Source: an uncultured Raoultibacter sp.
GTDB lineage: Bacteria > Actinomycetota > Coriobacteriia > Coriobacteriales > Eggerthellaceae
NCBI GenBank assembly: GCA_964345475.1
Contig: CAYFQW010000001.1
Location: 21,043-85,042, forward strand
DNA length: 64,000 bases
Direction of reading: 5' to 3'
In this document: positions 1 to 9,128 of the stretch, piece after piece
Layout of the letters: every line of letters starts with the position of its first letter
Numbering within the stretch: the stretch's first letter is position 1
The notes under the pieces: model-generated
Seen by the model: the letters and a program-made list of their open reading frames with translations, nothing else
Told to the model about the DNA's origin: nothing
The model's database searches: none
Position numbers and translations under genes: made by a program

Positions 1-410
1 CTTTTTAGTTTTTTTTCAAAATCAGCAGCTTTGCCCCCAAGAATTGCCGCAATTTGACGTGCCTCGTCTTCAGCATCCTCCACTTCGTATGGATTCACGT
101 AGACCGTAGTGGCATCTATGCTCGTAGCCAAAACTACTCCGTTTCTATCGTAAATCGTCCCTCTCCGAGGGGAAGACTCGACAGTTATCGTACGAGCATC
201 ACGAGCCTGGGCTGAGTATTCATCGGCAACGATGACCTGCAGATATATTAAACGTAAAAAAAAGATGCAAGCAATAGCAATAAAAAATACGAAAATAAGG
301 CCCATACGTCCTGAGGGATATGCGTGGCTAGGGTTTGAGGAAGGGCCACCTTGAGGATACCCATGCGATAAGCGCCCAGCCCTGGAAGGCTCTTTCCCTC
401 TATCAGCCAT
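1..410 (-). CDS. ftsI: Class B penicillin-binding protein (FtsI-type transpeptidase), N-terminal part; the gene runs off the window edge
   Basis: Hand translation of the minus strand from the ATG at 408-410, three codons after the ftsL-like stop: MADRGKEPS...MGLIFVFFIAIACIFFLRLIYLQV (TM anchor) ...SSPRRGTIYDRNGVVLATS (PBP dimerisation-domain motif). It occupies the position after rsmH and ftsL in a dcw cluster. Confidence 0.8.
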   Translation of the reverse strand, partial: MADRGKEPSRAGRLSHGYPQGGPSSNPSHAYPSGRMGLIFVFFIAIACIFFLRLIYLQVIVADEYSAQARDARTITVESSPRRGTIYDRNGVVLATSIDATTVYVNPYEVEDAEDEARQIAAILGGKAADFEKKLK

Positions 411-416
411 ACCTTG

Positions 417-881
417 CTAACCTTGTGCCACAGATTTTAAGCTCGCAGACAGAGAAAGCCTACCTGCTTCATCACAGGCAACCACGTCTTTTGAAAGAGT
501 CATTATCTGTGTATTTTCAGCAGCTTGCATATTCAATTCAGTAGCTTCACCTTTTAAATAGACCGGATTGGAGAGGTGGCTCTCACGAACTTCTAAATCT
601 TTTCCTGTGGAACGGGCAGTCTCTATCTGCGCCGCTACTGCCTCGGTTTCAACTGCAGTTGAAACAGCAGCAGAAGCAAGCACGATGCGTACAATGCCGA
701 TGAGCGCAAACAACAAAAGAAGGACAGCGGCAACTTTTGCCAAGGTGACAGCAGAAGCAGGAAGCGTACCATCCGAAGTCTCTCTGCCACGACCTGGAAC
801 TACGTGTATGTCAGGAGTCCTTGTTGGGGCTTGCTCATAGCTGCGTCTTGGATATGAATATGCTGGCATTGTTTGAGCCAT
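417..881 (-). CDS. ftsL: FtsL-like cell division protein (single TM plus extracytoplasmic helical region)
   Basis: 154 aa with one hydrophobic span (VAAVLLLLFALIGIVRIVLASAAV) followed by a helical segment. ATG at 879-881 with a GGGAGG RBS. Called mainly from its position between rsmH and ftsI; sequence similarity is weak, as is usual for FtsL. Confidence 0.6.
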   Translation of the reverse strand: MAQTMPAYSYPRRSYEQAPTRTPDIHVVPGRGRETSDGTLPASAVTLAKVAAVLLLLFALIGIVRIVLASAAVSTAVETEAVAAQIETARSTGKDLEVRESHLSNPVYLKGEATELNMQAAENTQIMTLSKDVVACDEAGRLSLSASLKSVAQG

Positions 882-1005
882 GCCCTACCTCCCTGTGTTA
901 TGTATGCCGTGAAAAACACGGCCTGTTTCTTATACCAATGAGTCTTTTGCTCTTGCGTCTGCACCCCACAGACTCTCCGGGCTCAATTCTCGCGTTTCTA
1001 GCACT

Positions 1006-1974
1006 TCAGCAAATCTTTTCCGCGACCCTCAGCTTGGCGCTTCGAGCACGGAGGTTTGCATCAATCTCTTCTTTTGTCGGCAAAACTGGTTTGCGCGTAA
1101 TTGCTTTGAGTATCGGCTTTTTCTCACATACACAGACGGGGAAATCTGGTGGACAGGTACATGGGTTTGCGTATTGCGCTATGCGATCCTTTACGATGCG
1201 ATCTTCAAGCGAATGGTAGCTAATAACCACTATGCGGCCGCCAGGATTAAGCCAACGGACAGCTGCATCAAGACCAGAGCTCAGTACCTTTAGTTCTGCA
1301 TTCGTCTCTATTCGTAAGGCTTGGAAGGTTCTTTTGGCAGGATGTCCCCCTGCCCGCCTCGCAGATGCAGGTATGGCAGCTTTTATAATCTGCACAAGCT
1401 CTTCGCTTGTCTCGATCTTTTTGCTGCGTCGCGCCTCTACGATAAACTGTGCGATACGATGAGCCCATTTTTCATCTGAGTATTCACGGATGATCCGAGC
1501 GAGATCTGCTGTGTTGTACGTGTTTATTATCTCTGCTGCGTTTAAAGTTTGTTTACTCAGATCCATCCGCATATCAAGTGGGCCATCTTCCTTAAAGGAG
1601 AAGCCACGAGAAGGCGTATCGATTTGCACAGAAGACACCCCGAGATCGAAAAGTATTCCATCGATTCCAGGTACTTCTGCTTGTAACAGAAGTTTGTCCA
1701 AGTCTCCAAAATTCCCTTTCAAAAGTTTGACCTCAGGACGTTTATCAGGTGACATGCTCTCAAGTCGTGCCCGGGCAGCTGTTAAAGCCACCTCGTCTTG
1801 ATCGATTCCGATAAGCGTACCCTGCGCGCCAATGAGCTTCGCAACCTCCAGGGAATGCCCCGCACCGCCGAGTGTTGCGTCCACGAATGTTTGCTGTGTT
1901 TTAAGGTGTAGGTATTCGAGGCACTCGGCGAGCAGAACTGGTATATGCCGATATTCATTTGTCACTGCGCTCAC
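1006..1974 (-). CDS. rsmH: 16S rRNA (cytosine1402-N4)-methyltransferase RsmH (MraW)
   Basis: 322 aa, HIPVLL...DATLGGAGHS...FDLGVSS...SYHSLEDRIVK motifs. GTG start at 1972-1974 with an AGGAC RBS. Directly downstream of mraZ. Confidence 0.95.
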   Translation of the reverse strand: MSAVTNEYRHIPVLLAECLEYLHLKTQQTFVDATLGGAGHSLEVAKLIGAQGTLIGIDQDEVALTAARARLESMSPDKRPEVKLLKGNFGDLDKLLLQAEVPGIDGILFDLGVSSVQIDTPSRGFSFKEDGPLDMRMDLSKQTLNAAEIINTYNTADLARIIREYSDEKWAHRIAQFIVEARRSKKIETSEELVQIIKAAIPASARRAGGHPAKRTFQALRIETNAELKVLSSGLDAAVRWLNPGGRIVVISYHSLEDRIVKDRIAQYANPCTCPPDFPVCVCEKKPILKAITRKPVLPTKEEIDANLRARSAKLRVAEKIC

Positions 1975-1983
1975 GTCCTGGGC

Positions 1984-2424
1984 TTAATCCACAAACAGCG
2001 ACATTAAGTCAACTGAAGCAGAGTAGTCGTCCCAACGCTTTGCGTTCCAAACCTCTAAGTGGTCAGCGTCGCCAATTAAGGCGACCTCCTTATCAAGGCC
2101 CACCTCTTCACGCATATCAACTGGTATGCCAAGGCGACCCGTGCTATCAAGCTCAACATTTCTGGCGCGCGCATGAAGCAGCTTGCGGCATCCTGCCAAG
2201 TTAAGATTGTTAGGCTGAAAGCCCTCTCCTCCGTCATTACGAACACCGTTGAACAAACTTTCAATCCAGTTTTCGAAACCCTCATCATCAAAAACCATGA
2301 GATAGTCTTTTTTCGGAGAAAGGGTTACCACGAGGTTTTTTGCAAGCTCCTTACGGAAGGAAGCGGGCAGGCTGACACGACCTTTTGCATCAAGCTTATG
2401 GCGAAATTCGCCCTTGAGGTACAT
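1984..2424 (-). CDS. mraZ: Transcriptional regulator MraZ
   Basis: 146 aa, MYLKGEFRHKLDAKGRVSLPASFR... and a second half with DSTGRLGIP (duplicated SpoVT/AbrB-like halves). First gene of the dcw cluster. Confidence 0.95.
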   Translation of the reverse strand: MYLKGEFRHKLDAKGRVSLPASFRKELAKNLVVTLSPKKDYLMVFDDEGFENWIESLFNGVRNDGGEGFQPNNLNLAGCRKLLHARARNVELDSTGRLGIPVDMREEVGLDKEVALIGDADHLEVWNAKRWDDYSASVDLMSLFVD

Positions 2425-2467
2425 CTTCAGCCCCTCTTCTTTACCCTAGGCACCTGCATTGCTTGGA

Positions 2468-2496
2468 ATTGTACTGCATTTTATCCCACTTCGCAA
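2468..2496 (-). promoter_or_regulatory. Candidate sigma-70-type promoter of the mraZ/dcw operon (TTGCGA-17 nt-TACAAT)
   Basis: On the minus strand the -35 TTGCGA is at 2496-2491 and the -10 TACAAT is at 2473-2468, with an exact 17-nt spacer, about 45 nt upstream of the mraZ ATG. Confidence 0.55.
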
Positions 2497-2519
2497 CACC
2501 CTATCCCACATTACCCAAC
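2485..2519 (-). promoter_or_regulatory. Four 10-nt-phased GTGGG/GTTGG/GTGTT boxes (candidate MraZ operator)
   Basis: The minus strand reads GTTGGGTAAT GTGGGATAGG GTGTTGCGAA GTGGGATAAA. The boxes sit at 2515-2519, 2505-2509, 2495-2499 and 2485-2489 and overlap the -35 and spacer of the candidate promoter. Confidence 0.55.
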
Positions 2520-2903
2520 CGCCTTTTATCCTTGTATTGATGACAAAAAATATGACTTTGTCTACATTTAGTGTATATATAGGGGGTGGTAATACTAAAT
2601 GTTGCGGTTTCTCTGATAGAAACGAAGAGTGAGGGCACATATATTTTAGATACGTAATTCTTTCGATAGGCGGTCGCTTCTTCGACCTAGATTGGAATAC
2701 AAGCCCAGTTTAGCCTGGTCGTAGTCGTTATAACGCATTGTTGTTTGATTTGTGGGGCAAGGTGGGAGAATTTTTGAGCATCCTCAGAGGTAAAAGACAG
2801 CCAGATATCAGATCGGCGCCTTCTATAGCCTGAAACAGTCAAGCCGAATGGCTGCGGTTTGCAGAAAGCTCCTTTTGCAGTACGGGCAATTTGTGCGAAG
2901 AAT

Positions 2904-4010
2904 TTATTCTTCCTCTGATGTCTTTTTCGGTATCTCTTCGATATCTAAGGGTATGGAATCGTATAAATCCCGATCGGACAAGAAGCTGCCAGAAGATTTG
3001 CTTTTCCTGCTTTCTCTGAATGCCTTGGTACGCTGGATGAGTACTGCACCTATCAGGAAGGGCATCCAAAATACTAAGCCACGATACACTATGGCAATAG
3101 CCATTCCTATAGCTCCCGTAACTCCGTACGAGGTAAAAAGGACTAACACAGCAGCTTCAACCACTCCGACGCCTTGCGGGGTGATAGAAATCATCGCAAA
3201 TAAAGTTGCTATGACGTAGCCTGTAATGAGAGCCTGTGGCATGGACACTCCAAAAGAAACCCCCACTAAACAAAAGCAAACAAGTTCGCAGGCACTGGCA
3301 AGAAGAGAGAAGGCATAAACCCTCAACACTTTCTTGGGATTTTTTGCTATCAAGCCTGCTGCTTCTCCAAATGAGACCACCGTTTTTTCAGCCCAGGGCT
3401 TGAGTGGGGTTTTTTTGAGTTTGATAAAAATTCTCTTAACAAAAGCCTCAATAGGCTTTAAGAGTCTCATCAGTTTCTTAGGGTAGCTATGCCCCAAATA
3501 GAGGATGCAACCCATAAGGGCTATCATGAGCAATACAAACAGTCCGAGCAAGAACCAAAGAGGGTTGAGATTGCCTATGAATGCAAGGAGGACAAAGCCG
3601 ACAAGCATGATGCTTGCAAAGCCTGACTCAATGGACATCTGCATGAGAATTGCGGCCGAAGTAGCCTTTCCTGGCTCTATGCCCCGACGATGAGCGTCAT
3701 CCACCACTAAAGCCATACCCGCAGTGTTGAGGGACGGTGCAATAGTATTCATGAAAAATGTTCCAAATACTAAAGGAAGGGTATCACAAGCCCTCATACG
3801 CTCTTCAACTGCCGCGAAGGAGTTCGAGTACGCGAAGCTTTGAGCAAAATACTTCCCAAGCTGTGTTGCCACCGCAAACAAGAGAGGGATCATGCTGCCC
3901 CGTTGCACAGTCTCAACAAGTTCAACTAGTTGATTGCCTCGTAGCAGCACAAACGCAAGCACGATAATTATGATAATACCAGCAAACAGTTTCTGAAAAG
4001 TGAATTTCAC
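2904..4010 (-). CDS. Polytopic membrane protein, UPF0104 / lysyl-PG-synthase-TM-region-like (flippase-like) family
   Basis: 368 aa with about 8 hydrophobic spans. The N-terminus (MKFTFQKLFAGIIIIIVLAFVLLRGNQ...) and overall layout resemble the UPF0104 family. The C-terminal tail is charged. GTG start. Confidence 0.5.
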   Translation of the reverse strand: MKFTFQKLFAGIIIIIVLAFVLLRGNQLVELVETVQRGSMIPLLFAVATQLGKYFAQSFAYSNSFAAVEERMRACDTLPLVFGTFFMNTIAPSLNTAGMALVVDDAHRRGIEPGKATSAAILMQMSIESGFASIMLVGFVLLAFIGNLNPLWFLLGLFVLLMIALMGCILYLGHSYPKKLMRLLKPIEAFVKRIFIKLKKTPLKPWAEKTVVSFGEAAGLIAKNPKKVLRVYAFSLLASACELVCFCLVGVSFGVSMPQALITGYVIATLFAMISITPQGVGVVEAAVLVLFTSYGVTGAIGMAIAIVYRGLVFWMPFLIGAVLIQRTKAFRESRKSKSSGSFLSDRDLYDSIPLDIEEIPKKTSEEE

Positions 4011-4091
4011 TAAGCATGTCCTTTACCGTCGATTACGCATCATACACTAAGGCTGGCAGGAAAGAACCTGGGTAATGTAATTAGTGCAAAA

Positions 4092-5003
4092 TTATTGCTG
4101 AGCGCTTCGAAGCTTTGCACGAGGATGGGCCATGAGATATTCTTCCCGAATATGAGATCGGTCCACATGAGTATATATTTGTGTGGTGGCGATATCAGAA
4201 TGGCCCAGTATTTCCTGTATCACCCTCAAGTCAGCGCCTCCTTCGAGCATGTGGGTTGCAAAAGAATGGCGGAGTGTGTGGGGATGGAGATTGTCTATGC
4301 CGATATGCAAACCGGCATCCGCCACTATCTTATGCACGCTCTGCCTCGTCAGGCGTCCGCCTCTTGCATTAAGAAACACTGCCGGGCTTGGTTCTGAATA
4401 GCTCTTTACAAGCTGGGGACGCCCTCTTTCAAGATAGTCCTGTAAACACGACTTCGCAACGCCTGAAAGAGGAACGAGTCTTTCTTTGCTTCCTTTGCCG
4501 ACGACCCTGAGAAACCCTTCCTCGAAATATATCCGAGCCATATCGAGGCTGGTAAGCTCACTGACACGCAGACCGCAGCCGTATAAAACCTCGAGGATAA
4601 CCCGGTTGCGCAAGCCGCGCTCGTCTTGAGGAAAGTCTTGCTCTAAAAGTGCAAAGACCTGCTCAATAGAGAGAACGTCGGGGAGCCGCTCGGGTACTTT
4701 TGGCAAAGGTATTGAAATCATAGGGTTTTGCTCAAGGTAATTTTCGCGTATTAAGAATTTATAGAACCCTTTAAGTGCCGAAATTCGCCTCTCGATGCTG
4801 GAATGTGCGTACCCTCTTTCCATAAGGTCGGCTTTGTAGGCTACAATCTCGTCTCGCGAAACCTCAGCTACATCTTCTTTGGACCTTTCGCTAAGAAACC
4901 CTTTAAAATCTCTTAGGTCGCGCCGATAGGCATCCAGGGTCAAGGAGGAGCTCCCTCTCTCAAGCCCTAGGTAGGCCAAGTATTCACGTATAAGATCTTC
5001 CAT
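4092..5003 (-). CDS. xerD: Tyrosine recombinase XerC/XerD family (XerD-like)
   Basis: 303 aa, ...GLRVSEL...HTLRHSFATHMLEGGADLRVIQEILGHSDIATTQIYTHV (R..HxxR..Y catalytic signature) with an N-terminal SAM-like domain. The XerD versus XerC assignment rests only on the nadK neighbourhood. Confidence 0.85.
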   Translation of the reverse strand: MEDLIREYLAYLGLERGSSSLTLDAYRRDLRDFKGFLSERSKEDVAEVSRDEIVAYKADLMERGYAHSSIERRISALKGFYKFLIRENYLEQNPMISIPLPKVPERLPDVLSIEQVFALLEQDFPQDERGLRNRVILEVLYGCGLRVSELTSLDMARIYFEEGFLRVVGKGSKERLVPLSGVAKSCLQDYLERGRPQLVKSYSEPSPAVFLNARGGRLTRQSVHKIVADAGLHIGIDNLHPHTLRHSFATHMLEGGADLRVIQEILGHSDIATTQIYTHVDRSHIREEYLMAHPRAKLRSAQQ

Positions 5004-5120
5004 GTTTTTCCGATCCTGAGAACTTATAGTATATTAACATTGAGCTTGCTAGCTTGCTTATGAAGTGAGTTATAATCAAAAACTATACTGACAGAATCAC
5101 ATAAAAGGAGCTCGGTCCTC

Positions 5121-6602
5121 ATGCGTATTGGGTTCGACAATGACAAGTACATCGCCTTGCAGGCAGAGCACATACGCAAGCGAATCGATCAGTTTGGTGG
5201 CAAGCTGTATCTCGAATTCGGTGGCAAGTTGTTCGATGATTACCACGCGTCCCGTGTGCTCCCAGGATTCAAGCCTGATGCGAAAATACAAATGCTCAAG
5301 CACTTGTCTGACGAAGCGGAGATTATCGTTGCAATAAATGCGAATGATATCGAAAAAAGCAAAATCAGGGGCGATTTAGGCATAACCTACGATGATGATG
5401 TTCTACGCCTTATGGACAATTTCCGCAGTATGGGATTTTTGAGCAAACATGTGGTTATCACCCACTACGCAAACCAAGCTAATGTCGACGCATTCAAGTT
5501 AAGACTCTCGTCCTTAGGAATTAAGTACTACCTTCACCATCCCATCCCTGGCTATCCCTATGACATTGACCGCATCGTAAGCGATGAGGGGTATGGCAAA
5601 AATGATTTTATAGAAACGAGCAGGCCGCTTGTTGTCGTAACAGCCCCAGGGCCAAGTTCTGGCAAAATGGCAACCTGCCTCTCACAGCTTTATCATGAGC
5701 ATAAGCGCGGCGTCAACGCAGGCTATGCTAAGTATGAGACATTCCCCATATGGAACCTTCCCCTGAAGCATCCTGTCAATGTTGCCTACGAGGCAGCCAC
5801 TATTGACTTAAACGATGTCAACACCATCGATCCTTTCCACCTTGAGGCCTATGATAAAACAACCGTAAACTACAACAGGGATGTTGAAATATTCCCCGTG
5901 CTCAAGGCTATGATGGAACGAATTTCTGGCTCGAGCCCCTATAAGTCTCCTACTGACATGGGAGTAAATATGGCCGGTATGGCAATTATAGATGAGGACG
6001 TAGTATGCGAGGCAGCACGCATGGAAATCGTAAGGCGTTATTTTCAGACGGCCGTTTCTGCTAAACGCACAGGTGTGGGCGAGGATCTCGTAGAAAAACT
6101 TGAACTACTTTTGAACCAGGTTGGTGTAACCCCCAACCTTTCTCGCGCCAGAAATGCGGCGCTCCTTAAAGAAGAAGTAACGAAAGCTCCTGCCGGAGCC
6201 ATGGAACTGCCTAACGGTAAGTTGGTTACCGGCAAAACATCTCCCCTTCTGGGAGCCGCCTCGTCGCTTTTAATGAATGCCCTCAAGGGAGTCGCTGGTG
6301 TAGATGACGATATAAAGGTTATTTCAGATGATGCTATCGAGCCTATCAGTCGCCTCAAAATCGAACGACTCCATAGCAAGAACCCACGACTACATCCAGA
6401 TGAAACGCTTATTGCCCTATCAATAAGTTCAGCAAGCGATCCCTTAGCCGCTAAGCTTATCGATCACCTTGACGACCTGCGCGGCTGTGATGCATATTTT
6501 TCCGTCATCCTTTCGACGAACGACGAGAAGCTCTACCGCACCCTCGGGATAAATGTTTGCTGTGAACCAAAGTTTGAGCAGCACTGCTACTACCATAAAT
6601 AA
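5121..6602 (+). CDS. UPF0371 / DUF1846 family protein (function unknown)
   Basis: 493 aa beginning MRIGFDNDKYIALQAEHIRKRI..., the characteristic DUF1846 N-terminus. AAAGGAG RBS at 5104-5110. Confidence 0.8.
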   Translation: MRIGFDNDKYIALQAEHIRKRIDQFGGKLYLEFGGKLFDDYHASRVLPGFKPDAKIQMLKHLSDEAEIIVAINANDIEKSKIRGDLGITYDDDVLRLMDNFRSMGFLSKHVVITHYANQANVDAFKLRLSSLGIKYYLHHPIPGYPYDIDRIVSDEGYGKNDFIETSRPLVVVTAPGPSSGKMATCLSQLYHEHKRGVNAGYAKYETFPIWNLPLKHPVNVAYEAATIDLNDVNTIDPFHLEAYDKTTVNYNRDVEIFPVLKAMMERISGSSPYKSPTDMGVNMAGMAIIDEDVVCEAARMEIVRRYFQTAVSAKRTGVGEDLVEKLELLLNQVGVTPNLSRARNAALLKEEVTKAPAGAMELPNGKLVTGKTSPLLGAASSLLMNALKGVAGVDDDIKVISDDAIEPISRLKIERLHSKNPRLHPDETLIALSISSASDPLAAKLIDHLDDLRGCDAYFSVILSTNDEKLYRTLGINVCCEPKFEQHCYYHK

Positions 6603-6722
6603 TCGCGCTGAGTCCACATCGTAGACGTGCGCCTAAAGAGCATATGACGATTCAGGAACCAGCGGTTCTAGGACCTGTGATCCCAGAAGCATCGAAATTT
6701 GAAACAGCTGCCTTGAGCCTGT

Positions 6723-7871
6723 CTATATATACGACATTGGATCGACGGGAGTGCCATTAACCTCAACTTGGAAATGCAGGTGTGGACCGGTCGAATAGCC
6801 AGTTGAGCCAACATATCCAATAGTTTCCCCAGCGGAAACCGACTGACCCATAGAGCACCCAAAAGCACTCATATGCATATAGATGGTCCGGATGCCACTA
6901 CCATGCGAGAGGATAACCGCGTTTCCACCTGTGCCATACGAACCCACAAAGCTAACCGTTCCTGCTAAAGCTGCCCGAATGGGAGTACCGGTAGGAGCTG
7001 CGAAGTCGGTGCCATTGTGATATACCCCGTCCCAGGCACCCGCCCAACCAAAGGGGTTGGAGATTGCATAGCCTGGTAAGGGATGGGCCCAACCAGAGCT
7101 AGAAACACTCCCACCTCCACCACTGCCACTACTGCCACTGCCGTAGTTTATCGAAGGAGCTATGGTAGACTGAGCAAGTGAGGCAGCTTCTTCAGCACGT
7201 TTTTTAGCTTCTTCTTCCTGAATGCGCTCTTCCTCTTCTTTTGCCTTCAAGAGAACGATCTCTTCATTAACCTTTTCGAGCGTATTCTCCATACTTGCTT
7301 TAAGAGACTCTATCTCAGCTTTATTTTCTTCGATTGTTTCCATTTTTTCAGCAGCAAGAGCTTTCTGGGATTCGTGCTCCTCTTTGACCTCTTCGGCCTC
7401 GGCATGCAGATCTTTACTTTGCTGAATAAGCTTGGTATCTTGATCAACTATTTTGTCATACATATCGAAAGCTGCTACAAATTCTTCGAAACTCGTGGCT
7501 TTAAAAAATACATCTAAATAAGAGATGGCGCCACCGGTCTTATACATGCTCGAAACACGCCCGCTCAACGTTTCTTGAAGCTCTTTTATTTCTGCCTCTA
7601 TTTCAACCATTCTTTCCGCGGCGGCATCCGCAGCGGCTGAAGCCGTATCATATTCCTCGGTAGCCAAGGCTAGTTGATCGTTCGCCTCATTGAGCGAGGT
7701 TTGCAGATTATCAATGTCATTCATGATTTCATCTGCCTCGGCCTGTTTTTCAGCACTCGTCGTTGCATGCGCCACATCAGGCCAAACCAGAGACAGTGTA
7801 CTTACCAGCGTGACGGATAAGAGAAAACAAAGGATAATGCGTCCAGTGCTTTGTGTGGTTACGTTCTTCAT
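6723..7871 (-). CDS. Secreted coiled-coil M23 (LytM-type) peptidoglycan metalloendopeptidase
   Basis: Signal/TM segment (GRIILCFLLSVTLVSTLSLVWPDVAHA), a coiled coil of about 200 aa, a Gly/Ser linker, and an M23 domain with intact HxxxD (HNGTD) and HxH (HLH) motifs. I prefer the ATG at 7869-7871 (AGAAGG RBS) over the TTG at 7898 used in the ORF track. Confidence 0.85.
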   Translation of the reverse strand: MKNVTTQSTGRIILCFLLSVTLVSTLSLVWPDVAHATTSAEKQAEADEIMNDIDNLQTSLNEANDQLALATEEYDTASAAADAAAERMVEIEAEIKELQETLSGRVSSMYKTGGAISYLDVFFKATSFEEFVAAFDMYDKIVDQDTKLIQQSKDLHAEAEEVKEEHESQKALAAEKMETIEENKAEIESLKASMENTLEKVNEEIVLLKAKEEEERIQEEEAKKRAEEAASLAQSTIAPSINYGSGSSGSGGGGSVSSSGWAHPLPGYAISNPFGWAGAWDGVYHNGTDFAAPTGTPIRAALAGTVSFVGSYGTGGNAVILSHGSGIRTIYMHMSAFGCSMGQSVSAGETIGYVGSTGYSTGPHLHFQVEVNGTPVDPMSYI

Positions 7872-8046
7872 GTGCACCTTCTCATGTTTTATAATCAAGC
7901 CTGCTTTTTTACAGGATGAATGTATGAATCACGATAATAGCAAGAGGAAGCCCCACATGCAAATTCTTTCAAGAAAATGCACAGCTTGATCATCTCAACA
8001 CCTTAACTTCTAGTTCGCATCATTTTCTGGGATTAGACTATTCTTT

Positions 8047-8946
8047 TTAGTCCCCTGAATGAAAAAACACTTCTGAAAGATGGGTGTAGAAGGGAGACTC
8101 CCCGCATCTCAAAAGTCGCGTGGGGCTTTCTCCTACTCTCACACATATTCTTTCAAGTGGCCTTTCTAGGGAAAGCTGTCTCCCGTCGATAGAAACCGCA
8201 AGTTCTTCAGGCTTGCTCCCCTTGTCAGGAACAAGCTCTACCACATCGTTTTTGGACGTCACAATCGCTCTTGAACGTAAGGTGTGGGGAGCTAAGGGGA
8301 CAACGACAAGTCCTTGGTATTCAGGGGTCAGCAAAGGACCGCCAGCCGACAGGGCGTAGGCGGTGGAGCCAGTCGCCGTTGAAACGACAAGCCCATCTCC
8401 CCGTAATTGGGAGATAAAAGACCCATCAATGTAATACGACAGTTCGACAATCTTCCCATGAACGGCATTAGAAAGCACAACTTCGTTTAGCCCTACAAAA
8501 CGGCTTGTACCCAGTCTCTCTCCGACATCGTCGCTGCACGAGATATCTGAAGGGTCGTCTCCCTCGTATAAGACATCGACAATAAACTTACTCCGACGCT
8601 CCTCGATGAGCTCACCGGCGAAGGCATCTGCTACGATTTCGACTATACCTCCCTCTCCCTCATTTGCCAAGAACCCGAGGTGTCCAAAGTTGACACCGAG
8701 CAAAGGTGTATCCATTCCATGCAAAAGCCTGGCAGTAGAAAGAATCGTGCCGTCTCCCCCGAGGGCGAGGGCAAAATCAGGTTCTTCTTCGAGATAGTCC
8801 TTGGGGTTAATGTACGGCCCTTCTGGGAACTCGCCACTATTTATTACCTGAAAATCAATCGACTGCGAGGAGAGGTACATGTGTAGAACTAAGGATGCCT
8901 CCATTGCCTTTTTATTGGTATTATTACGAACAATCAGCACGCGCAT
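8047..8946 (-). CDS. nadK: NAD kinase
   Basis: GGDGTILSTARL motif and a typical NadK C-terminal domain. I use the start MRVLIVRNN (ATG 8944-8946, GGAG RBS) rather than the longer ORF that runs to 9096. Confidence 0.9.
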   Translation of the reverse strand: MRVLIVRNNTNKKAMEASLVLHMYLSSQSIDFQVINSGEFPEGPYINPKDYLEEEPDFALALGGDGTILSTARLLHGMDTPLLGVNFGHLGFLANEGEGGIVEIVADAFAGELIEERRSKFIVDVLYEGDDPSDISCSDDVGERLGTSRFVGLNEVVLSNAVHGKIVELSYYIDGSFISQLRGDGLVVSTATGSTAYALSAGGPLLTPEYQGLVVVPLAPHTLRSRAIVTSKNDVVELVPDKGSKPEELAVSIDGRQLSLERPLERICVRVGESPTRLLRCGESPFYTHLSEVFFHSGD

Positions 8947-9128
8947 TATTGGCTCCGTTTCCAATTTGCTATGATAGCTACTGTCTGCTTTTGTCAGGTA
9001 ATGGGAAAGTCCCGTTTCCAAAAAATAAAAGCGGGGTTTCTGCATGGCGAAGTTGTCACAGTAGAGCGCCCGGCTCGAGGATACGTATACAAACAATACC
9101 TATTATAACCAATAGCTAGGAAAACCAT

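Noticed and set aside
8947-9096. N-terminally extended ORF-track starts (nadK to 9096; also map 12431, rplA 18123, adk 36731, rplO 38611, lysS 55347, tatA 56375, DUF77 63499)
   Set aside because: In each case an internal ATG with a good Shine-Dalgarno sequence matches the conserved family N-terminus. The extensions have no conserved features, and some overlap upstream genes or promoters.
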